A stretch of DNA of 64,000 nt, taken from Nitrospirota bacterium. GTDB lineage: Bacteria > Nitrospirota > Thermodesulfovibrionia > Thermodesulfovibrionales > Dissulfurispiraceae. The notes under the pieces were generated by a model, which did not search any database, was not told where the DNA came from, and saw only the letters and a list, made by a program, of their open reading frames with translations. The translations under genes and the position numbers were made by a program. Location of the stretch: the NCBI GenBank assembly GCA_963710375.1, contig CAVPZX010000005.1, positions 192,001 to 256,000 of the forward strand, given 5' to 3'. How positions within the stretch are numbered: the stretch's first letter is position 1; every line of letters starts with the position of its first letter. Shown here one piece after another: positions 8,214 to 17,662 of the stretch.

Positions 8214-10391
8214 ATGAGCAGGATATTTCAATGTATCGTGACGGTAATAATTTCTTTAGTGGTCTTTGGATGCGCTTCAACCAAAGAGGTGAAGCCTTCT
8301 GCGTCCGGGCAGGACAATCAACCGGCTGCGGCGTCTGTGACGCAAGGAGACAAAGTCCAGGAAACAAAAAATATTGAATCACTTCAGCCTGCTGAGGAAC
8401 CGAGCCAGAAGAGGCCGGACGAAGACATATTAATGCCGCAAATTAAGAAATCTCTTTATCAGAAATCGCTTCCCGCCAAAGCTGAGCGTATGCCGATAGA
8501 TCCGAAGCGTATTGTGCATGTTTCGGGGAACGTTATTCTTAATGCTGAATCCATGCCCCTTTCGGACTTTATCGTATATGCCCTTGGCGATACCCTGAGG
8601 ATAACTTTTTTCGTGGACGAGCCGGTAATGGCCATGAAAAATCCTATTACCCTCAGAATGACACAGGAAATGCCTGCGGAAAAGGTCGTTGAAGTCGTCA
8701 TAGGCTTTCTCGAGAAAAATGGTTTGGTCGTGGAGGAAAAGGGCGGGGCCCTGTATATCATGAAGCCGAAACCGCCGGCTGTCCAGTCCCCTCCGGTGGA
8801 TTTCAGGATAGGCAGGAATACCGAGGACAGCCCTGCAAACGTATTTCAGTTCGTGCCTTTCAGGCATTTGCATGGAGCGCAAGTAATGCAACTGCTTGGG
8901 GATTTGTTTAAGGATGTCAGGATACAATGGTATAACAAAGAAAACGCCCTTATGCTCAGCGGACCGGCTTCATCCATGAAAGAGATGATCGATTTTATTG
9001 ATTTTATCGATGTCCCCACGTTGAGTGATAAAAAACTCTTTTTGTTCCAGCTTACGTACTGGCAGCCTGATGATTTCATAAGACAGATTAGTGCGATATT
9101 GGAGGGAGTCGGCTATTCTATTGCAAAAGGTCCTGCCGATCCCGGTATTGAATTTATCCCAATCAAGTATCTCAATAGCATACTTATCGTGTCTCCTGAT
9201 GACGCCACGCTGAAATTCGCCCTTGACTGGAAAAGAAGACTCGATACCGCTGAGTCGGCCGGAACAGAGGAAAAGGTATTCACTTTTACCCCGCAGTATT
9301 CCAAGGCGTCGGATCTTGTGGACTCCATAAAAAAGCTGTATGGTGTGATGCCGGCGATCGCGCCGGCAAGAGGACCTCAGGGAGTGCAGGCTGCTCCTGT
9401 TGGCGCTGCTGCCCCGACTGCCACGGCTGCTGCCGCAGTCCCACTTCCGACTACTGCTTCCGTGTCTCCTGCGTCTCCTGTGTCTTCTGTGTCTTCTGCC
9501 TCAATCCCGGGGCTGAAGATTTCAGGCGACGACAGGAGAAATATTGTCGTCATCATTTCAACCCCCTCCATATTCAAGTCTGTTCTCGCTATCCTACAGG
9601 AGCTGGATAAGCCGCCTAAACAGGTGCTCATAGAGGCCATGATAGCCGAGCTGACCCTTACAGACGATCTGTCCTACGGGCTCGAATGGTACCTGCAGAC
9701 CAGGAATAAGACATCGGGCACATCGAACTCGCTTACCACCCTCGGTCAGCTAGGGCTAAACACATCCTCCGGCCTTGTATATAACTTTTTGTCTGACTCG
9801 CAGAGATTACAGGCCGTTGTGAATGCTTTTGCGCAGCAGAACAAGGTGAATATTCTTTCGACTCCTAGGATAATGGTCCTCGATAATCAGACCGCAACAT
9901 TGAATGTAGGATCTCAAGTGCCCATTTTAGGGGGCCAGACAACAACTTCCACTGTTGAAGGGTCTACTGTAAATGCCCAGGTTGTTTCATACGTCACTAC
10001 AGGAATTACCGTGAGTGTAACACCGACAATCAACACCGAAGGACTGCTTACCCTTCAAATATCTGTTACGGACAGTCAGGCGGTGCCGAATTCAACTTCT
10101 TCAATAAACAGCCCTTTGATAACCAACGACTCGCTGTCCACCAGCATTGTTGCCACGACATCGGAAACTATATTATTGGGAGGGATGATGTCGGACAGTG
10201 TGACCGACAGTGAGTCGAAAGTTCCCCTTCTCGGTGATATACCGTTGCTAGGGAACCTTTTCAAGACAAGGTCAAAGGACAAAACAAAGACTGAATTAAT
10301 AATAATGTTGACGCCCAAGATTCTGACAAGCGGCGACGAGGCAGCAAGAATCACCAATGAAATTAGAAAGAGTATTAAATGGTTGCAGTGA
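8214..10391 (+). CDS. gspD: Secretin GspD, predicted lipoprotein
   Basis: Lipobox-like VFGC; LDKPPKQVLIEAMIAE, ILSTPRIMVLDNQTATLNVG, KVPLLGDIPLLGNLFK, TELIIMLTPKI. Confidence 0.95.
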   Translation: MSRIFQCIVTVIISLVVFGCASTKEVKPSASGQDNQPAAASVTQGDKVQETKNIESLQPAEEPSQKRPDEDILMPQIKKSLYQKSLPAKAERMPIDPKRIVHVSGNVILNAESMPLSDFIVYALGDTLRITFFVDEPVMAMKNPITLRMTQEMPAEKVVEVVIGFLEKNGLVVEEKGGALYIMKPKPPAVQSPPVDFRIGRNTEDSPANVFQFVPFRHLHGAQVMQLLGDLFKDVRIQWYNKENALMLSGPASSMKEMIDFIDFIDVPTLSDKKLFLFQLTYWQPDDFIRQISAILEGVGYSIAKGPADPGIEFIPIKYLNSILIVSPDDATLKFALDWKRRLDTAESAGTEEKVFTFTPQYSKASDLVDSIKKLYGVMPAIAPARGPQGVQAAPVGAAAPTATAAAAVPLPTTASVSPASPVSSVSSASIPGLKISGDDRRNIVVIISTPSIFKSVLAILQELDKPPKQVLIEAMIAELTLTDDLSYGLEWYLQTRNKTSGTSNSLTTLGQLGLNTSSGLVYNFLSDSQRLQAVVNAFAQQNKVNILSTPRIMVLDNQTATLNVGSQVPILGGQTTTSTVEGSTVNAQVVSYVTTGITVSVTPTINTEGLLTLQISVTDSQAVPNSTSSINSPLITNDSLSTSIVATTSETILLGGMMSDSVTDSESKVPLLGDIPLLGNLFKTRSKDKTKTELIIMLTPKILTSGDEAARITNEIRKSIKWLQ

Positions 10392-10434
10392 AGAAGGGGC
10401 AATAGGCTATGGGTGATAGGAAATAAAAAAACGA

Positions 10435-10541
10435 ACCACAGAGGCACTGAGACACAGAGAAAGCAAATGATAGCGAAAAAGGAAAAGACGTTTTCTTTCT
10501 GTATTATGGAGCATACCTCTGTGCCTCTGTGTCTCTGTGGT
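10435..10541. repeat. Intergenic inverted repeat of CACAGAG-type units (MITE/REP-like)
   Basis: accacagaggcactgagacacagag (10435-10459) versus ctctgtgcctctgtgtctctgtggt (10517-10541); 22/25 Watson-Crick plus one G-U. Confidence 0.85.
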
Positions 10542-10775
10542 ATGTTTTTGCAATTGGCAAATTTGGCATCAAAATTGCTCTCTATATAAATAAAATTCAA
10601 GGGTAATAATTTTTTTAGACTCAGTGAAAAAAGGGTTGTTCTTTTTGAATGGATATGGTATATATATCATACTTTGTGTTTTCTATTATATATTTGATCG
10701 GGTTGCAACGGTACTTTAAACATCACGTCCGCGGGAGAGGATTGAGGCGTGGGGTAATAGGGCTGTATTAATCAC

Positions 10776-10804
10776 TTGACAAGAAGATATAATTTAATTA
10801 TTAT
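10776..10804 (+). promoter_or_regulatory. Sigma70-type promoter of the S-layer-like gene
   Basis: TTGACA (10776-10781), 17-nt spacer, TATTAT (10799-10804) in an AT-rich region. Confidence 0.75.
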
Positions 10805-11016
10805 TAGTGCATCTTTAAAGCTTTAGGCAGAGGCGGTAAATGTTTAAAATGAAATTAATCATCGGTTGTTATTTAGGGTTAGAGTAAATGAAATTCAGTA
10901 ATCAAGGAGGTGATGAGAAAAGCCGATCCTTGGGAGAGTAAGGAAGCAGGAAGTGCGAACACTTTGCGGTTATCATCATTATTATTTATTATTTATCAAA
11001 AAAAGGAGGATTGAAA

Positions 11017-12591
11017 ATGACTAAGTTTTTAAAGGTTTCTTTTTTAGCAATGTTGATTGTTGCCGTAATGGCATTGCCGGCCTTTGCAGGCACCATTACA
11101 TTTTGGGGTTCACCTGGCGGTACAAGTGGTGCAGCTAATGTCAAATATTCAGTTGCCTTGGAGGCAATGAATGCTGCGAGAAATTTCACTATAACCAGTT
11201 CATCCGGGACAACCGGCTCCGGATACGCTAATGCGCCATTAAAAATCACCCCCGGCCAGCAATTGGCCAGCGGCTCATTGTTGACTATCACATTGGCAAA
11301 TGCCGCGTTTAATGCCGGAGCTACCGGAAGCGTACTTTTGTGCGCTGCTACCAGCGATACCGCGTCAGTAGACGTCCCTGTTGCGGCCCAGCAGCCTGCA
11401 GCAAACAGCGCAAGCTTGTCGTGGGTATTAGGTACTACAGTATCCACCGGCCAATTTCTCTTTGTGACAACGTCTGGGACAACATCTTGCAGTAACAGTA
11501 ATGCAAGCTTGAGTGTTCAGTTCCAGCCTGTCTCATCAGCAGCCTTGGCCTCGGTTTCTTATACTGTTTCCCTGAACTCAACCACGTATGACCAAAAATC
11601 GGCTGTCAATTTCGCTAACTTTGCTAGGGAGTTCACAACAGCTTACGCAAATTTACCTTCTACAATTGATTATACGACGAACAGCGCTTCAAACGGAGCC
11701 CATTTTGTTGTAGGTACAGGAGCTAATGCTGCCAACGCGGGTACGGCGAATATTGCTCGCGGCACGGTAGATTTTAGTGCTGAGGCCGTCGGCGCCACCG
11801 GTGCCAGCCTTTCAGTAGCAGGTATATTGTCCCTTCAGGATTCAGCATCCTGGCAGGGTGTGAAGGATGCTTATGTGCTTGGTAGTGCTGGTGGTGGTAA
11901 TAATTGTGCCGCCGCTGGGCCTGGAGCTAATAACGCGATAGTACAAGGCGCTGCAAATCTTGGCACTGGAACAGTGAACCTGGCTGTATCTTCAGCCGCA
12001 TTTAATGGTGCGGCGTCCTATGCTGCGGTTGCGTGCGTTGATGTGCTGGGCAATACTGTTCTTCAGTCCAGGTCGATCAAGGGATTCTACACTGTCAACG
12101 GTGGAGTCGCTGATGTTGATTCCGCGACACTCCTTATGACCTGGTCACCTAACGGTTATCAGGCAATAATTCCGTATATTAACGGATCCTCGACATTCGA
12201 CACGATATGCACCATCAGTAACCAGGGCGCAACTGCTGCACCTGCGACTGCTACTTTACTTTCAGCAGAGAGCATAGGCGCGGCTGGAGGATCTATTCCA
12301 ACAGGTGCACAGGGTATTAGCCTGGGTACAGTGCCGGCTAATGGACTAATACGTGTAGACTTTACTTCATCAATTACGCCTTACACGTATAGCGGTGGTG
12401 TTGAGACCGCAGGCACGGCAGTTGCGATTCCTGGCGTCCAGGGTAATGACAGGATGTCTGTCATACTGAATGTCGGAGCAGGTGTAACTGCGATTCAGAC
12501 AAATTGCATTCAAACGGATACCCTTGCTGGTGTCAAGAGAAATGTGCCGGTGCTGACGCAAACCAGTGGCACAGTTCCATGGCAGCAGTAA
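11017..12591 (+). CDS. Secreted cell-surface protein, probable S-layer subunit
   Basis: SD AAGGAGGA; Sec signal ending PAFA; A/G/S/T/N/V-rich with few charged residues; own promoter and terminator; adjacent to T2SS. Confidence 0.7.
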   Translation: MTKFLKVSFLAMLIVAVMALPAFAGTITFWGSPGGTSGAANVKYSVALEAMNAARNFTITSSSGTTGSGYANAPLKITPGQQLASGSLLTITLANAAFNAGATGSVLLCAATSDTASVDVPVAAQQPAANSASLSWVLGTTVSTGQFLFVTTSGTTSCSNSNASLSVQFQPVSSAALASVSYTVSLNSTTYDQKSAVNFANFAREFTTAYANLPSTIDYTTNSASNGAHFVVGTGANAANAGTANIARGTVDFSAEAVGATGASLSVAGILSLQDSASWQGVKDAYVLGSAGGGNNCAAAGPGANNAIVQGAANLGTGTVNLAVSSAAFNGAASYAAVACVDVLGNTVLQSRSIKGFYTVNGGVADVDSATLLMTWSPNGYQAIIPYINGSSTFDTICTISNQGATAAPATATLLSAESIGAAGGSIPTGAQGISLGTVPANGLIRVDFTSSITPYTYSGGVETAGTAVAIPGVQGNDRMSVILNVGAGVTAIQTNCIQTDTLAGVKRNVPVLTQTSGTVPWQQ

Positions 12592-12616
12592 AAATGTAGT
12601 AATAGGTCTTTCAGAG

Positions 12617-12646
12617 AAGAGGCGGACTTTTGTCCGCCTCTTTTTT
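12617..12646 (+). terminator. Rho-independent terminator
   Basis: aagaggcggac-tttt-gtccgcctctt followed by a T run. Confidence 0.9.
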
Positions 12647-12705
12647 GTATAAAAATTAACCACAGAGACATAGAGTCAGAGGGGATGAAAGAGGGAGGTA
12701 TAAAA

Positions 12706-13179
12706 TTGGGCTCTAAAAAGTCATTAATATGCATTTTTTTGTTTTCTGCCGTGGTACTTTTCTTAACGGATGCGCGCTCTGAAGAAAATCATTGGAAGTT
12801 TATGGGCAAGACAAAGGACACCCATTATCTTATATATTACGATACAGCGAACGTTGACTACATAAGAAAAGACTATGTGCGTGTGAGACTTAAAAAGGAA
12901 CTCTCGGAAGAGGGATTAGTGCAGTTCAGGAAGGATTTCTATTCTTCTGTTAAAACCGCCGAGGAACAGTCAGGAGGCAAAGTGGAAAACCCGGAGCCCC
13001 TTTTGAAAGCGTTGGCAAAACACGAGACAAAGGAGTATCCAATCGATATTGACTGCTCCAGCAATGAGTTGAAAGTGCAGCCTGACAAGATGTCGGCAAT
13101 CAATATTGTTGTTGTCGATGAAATACAGGCAGGTACGGCATTTGAGAAAATAAGAGACGAGGTTTGCCCGAAAAAATGA
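12706..13179 (+). CDS. Small secreted protein, surface-adhesin-E-like
   Basis: Signal peptide; W.FMG....Y.YD...V.V..K, IDC and C-terminal EVC pattern. TTG start follows GGAGG (alternative ATG at 12685). Confidence 0.55.
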   Translation: MGSKKSLICIFLFSAVVLFLTDARSEENHWKFMGKTKDTHYLIYYDTANVDYIRKDYVRVRLKKELSEEGLVQFRKDFYSSVKTAEEQSGGKVENPEPLLKALAKHETKEYPIDIDCSSNELKVQPDKMSAINIVVVDEIQAGTAFEKIRDEVCPKK

Positions 13180-13230
13180 GGAGCCTGTCGGCTTGCTTTT
13201 TTGTTATTCTCTGTTTTATTATTCAACTCC

Positions 13231-15141
13231 ATGTCTAAATCAAAAGAAAAATCAAAAGAAAACCACTCGACAGTAATGCGAAAGGAGATGGCCTCAGAGG
13301 GGACCGCAGACAGTATTGTCGTCCATGAATATCCTTCCGTCGTAGAGTGGTTTAAGACCGTTGCAACCAACATAACCAACAACTGGTTCATTATCGGACT
13401 GGCGATATTCGCGGTATTTGTTGCTTTCATGTTTTATTATCCATCGGTGGGTGGCGACGAAGACATTTGGTTTCATATCAGATATGGATATCACTTTGTC
13501 CATAACATGACATGGAAGATAAACCACGCACAGTTCAACTGGATCCCTTTTGAACCTAATTTCAAGTATGTGACCTGGATAGGAAGCTCCATACTTTATA
13601 TATTCTATGCTCTGATGTCGCATTACGGGCTCTATCTGCTCCAATACATAGTCATAGGCTCTATTGTGGGCTGCTTCCTTTATTTCCTTAAAAAAACAGC
13701 ATACCGCTTCGATATTACAAGTCTGCTGGCAATGCTGGCTGTCCTTCTGGTTTTGAACCTCAAATACCTCTATATCAAGCCGGATATGTTCAGCGGATTG
13801 TTGTTTACCGTTGCCTGCATGCTTTACTATAAGGTCAAGGAAACCGGAAACTGGAGACTGTTTTATGTCTATCCGCCGATGTTCCTCCTCTGGGTTAATA
13901 CTCATGGCGGCTTCATAGTGGGACTATTCTTTATAAGCGCCGCACTCGGATGCGAATTCGTTAATTCCTTCATATTCAGGAATGCGAGACTCGACAACAA
14001 AAGCCTTCTGCATTTTGCGTTAAACGTTGTCCTTAGCTATGCCGTTATCGGTATAAACCCTGAAGGCTATGGCTACTTTACAGGCATAATCAGCGATTTT
14101 TTCTCTCCGGGGATGAAAACGACAGAGGCAATCATAGCTGAATATGGCAGCATGTGGGGCACTCTTTTGCTTAAACCTGCAGGTTTCAGGTTTAAATTTG
14201 CAGCATTTTCAATGCTCGCTATGCTTGTAGTGTTTATCGGAATATGCATTTATCTTATCAAGAAGAAGAAATTCTTTGATATGCCGTCCGTCTTTCTTGT
14301 TGTCTTTTTCTATATCTTTGCAATGTCCATTGTTCGCGCATCCCAATATTATCCCCTTATCTGGTTCTTTGCCTTTTTTTACGTTTATAAGCGGTTCGAT
14401 GCCGTAAAGATCAAAGGCGTCTTCAACTTTATATCCCTGTTAATAATATTCATGTTGTGCTTTAGAATAGTCAATTTGGCGCTTGTTGATTATGACTCGA
14501 TTGCATGGTTTGGCACCAACTGGGAGGAAAGCTACCCTGTCAAGGAAGTGCAATACATAAAGAAGGCGAACCCTCCGGGCAATTTGTGGAATGATTACTT
14601 GACGGGAGGCTATCTCTTATGGGCACTGTATCCCAAATACAAGGTCTTCGTCGATCCGCGCTACGGCGGATACATGGCAAACTTTATGCCCACGGCCGAG
14701 GAGTATAAAGATGCTAAAGGACTGGAGGCGTATACAAAGAGGTTCCCCTTCAAGGTGGCCATCGTGGCTTATCATGAAACTCAGATTATCGAATGGCTTC
14801 TGAAAGCGGATTGGAGGATTGCCTTCCTGGACAAGAACGCCCTGGTAATTGTCAATAAGTCGGTGATCCCCGAGCTGTCGAAAGCTGCCCTGGAAGAGGA
14901 CGTCAGCACCAATAGATTTTTGAATGTCGATAACCCCAACATTCTCAGGACATTGTTTAATTTCTATGTAAACCTTGGTCCAAGTTTCGGAAGGGAGATT
15001 ATAGAAATATACCAGAGGAACGTCAGAACAATCTACAGGAACAGGGATTCCGATCTGAACAACATGCGGAATTTTCTTGAACAGAAAGAGGCCGAGATAG
15101 CTGCGCAGAAAGGCAAAGGCAAGACTGGACAAACAAAATGA
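13231..15141 (+). CDS. Polytopic membrane protein, probable GT-C-fold glycosyltransferase
   Basis: More than ten TM segments; acidic DEDIWFH after TM1; WVNTHGGF; periplasmic C-terminal domain with NDYLTGGYLLW and VFVDPR. Confidence 0.6.
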   Translation: MSKSKEKSKENHSTVMRKEMASEGTADSIVVHEYPSVVEWFKTVATNITNNWFIIGLAIFAVFVAFMFYYPSVGGDEDIWFHIRYGYHFVHNMTWKINHAQFNWIPFEPNFKYVTWIGSSILYIFYALMSHYGLYLLQYIVIGSIVGCFLYFLKKTAYRFDITSLLAMLAVLLVLNLKYLYIKPDMFSGLLFTVACMLYYKVKETGNWRLFYVYPPMFLLWVNTHGGFIVGLFFISAALGCEFVNSFIFRNARLDNKSLLHFALNVVLSYAVIGINPEGYGYFTGIISDFFSPGMKTTEAIIAEYGSMWGTLLLKPAGFRFKFAAFSMLAMLVVFIGICIYLIKKKKFFDMPSVFLVVFFYIFAMSIVRASQYYPLIWFFAFFYVYKRFDAVKIKGVFNFISLLIIFMLCFRIVNLALVDYDSIAWFGTNWEESYPVKEVQYIKKANPPGNLWNDYLTGGYLLWALYPKYKVFVDPRYGGYMANFMPTAEEYKDAKGLEAYTKRFPFKVAIVAYHETQIIEWLLKADWRIAFLDKNALVIVNKSVIPELSKAALEEDVSTNRFLNVDNPNILRTLFNFYVNLGPSFGREIIEIYQRNVRTIYRNRDSDLNNMRNFLEQKEAEIAAQKGKGKTGQTK

Positions 15142-15914
15142 AGGTTGTTATTTTAGCAGGGGGGCTTGGCACACGTCTGAGCGAAGAGACTGATATAAAA
15201 CCCAAGCCGATGGTCGAGATAGGCGGAAAGCCTATCCTCTGGCATATCATGAAGATTTATTCTCACTATGGTTTCAATGATTTCATCATCTGCCTCGGCT
15301 ATAAAGGCTATGTCATAAAGGAATACTTCGCCAACTATTTCCTTCATCAGTCCGATGTTACTATAGATTTGAGCGTCAACAAGCTGGAGGTCCATAACTG
15401 TAAGGCAGAGCCCTGGAGGATTACCCTTATAGAGACAGGATTGAACACGAATACAGGAGGCAGGATAAAGAGAATAAAAGATTATGTCGGCGAAGAGACC
15501 TTTATGCTTACCTACGGAGATGGCGTTGCTGATGTAGATATAGGTGGACTCCTGGAGTTTCACAAATCTCACGACAAGGCAGCTACAATCACCTCAGTTC
15601 AGCCTACTGGCAGATACGGTGCATTGGAACTTGATGAAAAGAGTAGAGTGACAAATTTTCAGGAAAAACCGCAAGGCGATGGGGCGTGGGTAAACGGCGG
15701 CTTTTTTGTATTGGAGCCTGAGGTATTTGATTATATATCCGGGGATGAAATCATATGGGAAAGGGAACCGCTCGAATATTTAGCGAGTCACGGTCAGCTC
15801 GATGCATATAAACACCAGGGATTCTGGAAATGTATGGATACCCTTCGCGACAAGACAGAGTTGGAAACCCTCTGGAGTTCCCGAAACGCACCCTGGAAGA
15901 AATGGAACGACTAA
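15138..15914 (+). CDS. rfbF: Glucose-1-phosphate cytidylyltransferase
   Basis: ILAGGLGTRLSEET..KPKPMVEIGGKPILWHIMK; TYGDG; CMDTLRDK; APWKKW. Confidence 0.97.
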   Translation: MKVVILAGGLGTRLSEETDIKPKPMVEIGGKPILWHIMKIYSHYGFNDFIICLGYKGYVIKEYFANYFLHQSDVTIDLSVNKLEVHNCKAEPWRITLIETGLNTNTGGRIKRIKDYVGEETFMLTYGDGVADVDIGGLLEFHKSHDKAATITSVQPTGRYGALELDEKSRVTNFQEKPQGDGAWVNGGFFVLEPEVFDYISGDEIIWEREPLEYLASHGQLDAYKHQGFWKCMDTLRDKTELETLWSSRNAPWKKWND

Positions 15915-15918
15915 ATAT

Positions 15919-16027
15919 GAAGTTGAGAAATTGAGAAGATGTGAAGATGAGAAAAAGAAATGTAAGCCTGATTTGTTGTCGCGCACCTTCTCACCTTCTC
16001 AGCTTCCCATCTTCGGATCGCCGAAGG
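15919..16027 (+). repeat. 8-nt-unit inverted-repeat hairpin immediately upstream of the four-helix-bundle gene
   Basis: gaagttgagaaattgagaagatgtgaagatgagaa (15919-15953) and caccttctcaccttctcagcttcccatcttc (to 16014), then cttcgg-atcg-ccgaag. Confidence 0.85.
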
Positions 16028-16031
16028 TGTG

Positions 16032-16433
16032 ATGGTGGGCAATAGTCAGAAAATAAAAAGTGTTAGGGATTTGGATGTTTATAAGATGGCTTTCAATGCG
16101 GCAATGGACATTTGGCAGATAACAAACGGTTTTCCCAAAGAAGAAAAATATTCTCTTGTAGATCAAATAAGGCGTTCTTCAAGATCTGTATGTTCAAATC
16201 TTGCAGAAGCGTGGCGAAAGAGGCGATATAAAGCCGTGTTCAAGAATAAGTTGACTGATGCTATGCAAGAGGCTTCTGAAACGCAGACATGGCTGGAGTT
16301 CAGTGTTGCTTGTAAATATGTTGATCAAAATAAATTTGATGACTTTGATCAAAAATATGAACATATATTAGCTATGTTGAATAATATGGACTTGAAAGCT
16401 GAATCCTTCTGCTTCTCAACTTCTGATAAATAA
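16032..16433 (+). CDS. Four helix bundle protein (23S rRNA IVS-encoded protein family)
   Basis: DLDVYK.AF...FPKEEKYSLVDQIRRSSRSVCSNLAEAWRKRRY...EASETQTWLEF family signature. Confidence 0.93.
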   Translation: MVGNSQKIKSVRDLDVYKMAFNAAMDIWQITNGFPKEEKYSLVDQIRRSSRSVCSNLAEAWRKRRYKAVFKNKLTDAMQEASETQTWLEFSVACKYVDQNKFDDFDQKYEHILAMLNNMDLKAESFCFSTSDK

Positions 16434-17638
16434 TGTTTAGGGACGTATATAGAGGTAAGCAAGTATTAATCACTGGTCACACGGGATTCAAAGGCTCTTG
16501 GCTTGCCCTGTGGCTCAGAGAGTTAGGAGCGAATATAATCGGTTATTCCCTTGATCCACCTACAAACCCCAATCATTTTGATTTGCTAGCCTCTTCTCAG
16601 GTTCTCACCTTCTCATCTTCTCAACTTCCCAACTTCATCTCTATTTTCGGAGATATACGGGATGTAAAGAAGCTGAATCAGACCTTTCAGAACTATAAGC
16701 CTGATATAGTCTTCCACCTCGCTGCACAACCTCTCGTCAGGTATTCATATAAACATCCGCTCGATACATTTGAGACAAATGTGATAGGGACAATAAATGT
16801 TCTTGAAGCTTGCAGACAGACTGAATCAGTCAGGGCAGTAGTAAATATAACGAGCGACAAGTGCTATGAAAACAAAGAATGGGTATGGGGCTATCGTGAG
16901 AGTGACCCGTTTGGCGGTTACGACCCCTACAGCGCATCAAAAAGTTGCGCAGAGCTTGTGACTAACTGTTACAGGCGCTCTTTCTTTATAACTGAAACTG
17001 AGAAGTTGAGAAGGTGTGAAGGTGAGAGTAAAGCCGAAGGACTCACAACTTCTCAACTTCTCAACTTCACAACTTCAGTCCTTTTAGCCAGCGCAAGAGC
17101 GGGCAATGTCATAGGCGGCGGAGATTGGGCAGCGGACAGATTGATTCCCGACATTATGAGGGCGGTCAGCCGGAATAAGAAGGTTGTTATCAGAAATCCC
17201 AAGTCAACCCGTCCCTGGCAGCATGTGCTGGAGCCGTTGTCAGGTTATCTGGCGCTTGGGCAGAAGCTCTTGGAAGGGAAATCGGAATTTGCCGATGGGT
17301 GGAATTTTGGGCCTGATGATGAAAGCAACATATGTGTTGAAGAAGTTGCAGAAAAGATGACCAGCTTCTGGCATAAAATTGGTTACCAACGCAAACCATT
17401 TAAACATCCAAGCCTCCGGCCATCCGACCCTCATGAGGCTGGTCTGTTAAAACTTGACTGCTCGAAAGCCCATTCAAGGCTTGAGTGGAAACCTGTCTGG
17501 GATATTAAGAAAACGCTTGTAATGACCGCTCAATGGTATAAAGAGTTTTACGAACGTGATGGAATAATGAGTCAGAAGGATTTGGATGAGTATATTCTGA
17601 ATGCGAAGGAAAAAGGTTTGCGTTGGGCAGTTGATTGA
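16433..17638 (+). CDS. rfbG: CDP-glucose 4,6-dehydratase with two repeat-derived in-frame insertions
   Basis: TGHTGFKGSWL, HLAAQPLVR, TSDKCYEN, DPYSASK, RAGNVIGGGDW, RPWQHVLEPL. Confidence 0.96.
   Translation: MFRDVYRGKQVLITGHTGFKGSWLALWLRELGANIIGYSLDPPTNPNHFDLLASSQVLTFSSSQLPNFISIFGDIRDVKKLNQTFQNYKPDIVFHLAAQPLVRYSYKHPLDTFETNVIGTINVLEACRQTESVRAVVNITSDKCYENKEWVWGYRESDPFGGYDPYSASKSCAELVTNCYRRSFFITETEKLRRCEGESKAEGLTTSQLLNFTTSVLLASARAGNVIGGGDWAADRLIPDIMRAVSRNKKVVIRNPKSTRPWQHVLEPLSGYLALGQKLLEGKSEFADGWNFGPDDESNICVEEVAEKMTSFWHKIGYQRKPFKHPSLRPSDPHEAGLLKLDCSKAHSRLEWKPVWDIKKTLVMTAQWYKEFYERDGIMSQKDLDEYILNAKEKGLRWAVD
16593..16636 (+). repeat. Pyrimidine-rich 8-nt tandem array in frame inside rfbG
   Basis: cttctcag gttctcac cttctcat cttctcaa cttcccaa cttc encodes SSQVLTFSSSQLPNF. 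Confidence 0.88.
16991..17079 (+). repeat. In-frame 8-nt-unit hairpin inside rfbG
   Basis: 39-nt arms (16991-17029 and 17041-17079), 32/39 complementary, 11-nt loop. Confidence 0.92.
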
Positions 17639-17662
17639 GCAGGTTTGTCGGAAGACTCCTAC

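Noticed and set aside
15802..16032. 76-aa ORF overlapping the end of rfbF and the hairpin
   Set aside because: Overlaps rfbF out of frame by more than 100 nt and consists largely of repeat-derived sequence.
16032..16433. Four-helix-bundle gene as evidence of an rRNA operon or a diversity-generating retroelement
   Set aside because: No rRNA sequence, reverse transcriptase or adenine-specific template/variable repeat pair is visible in the window.
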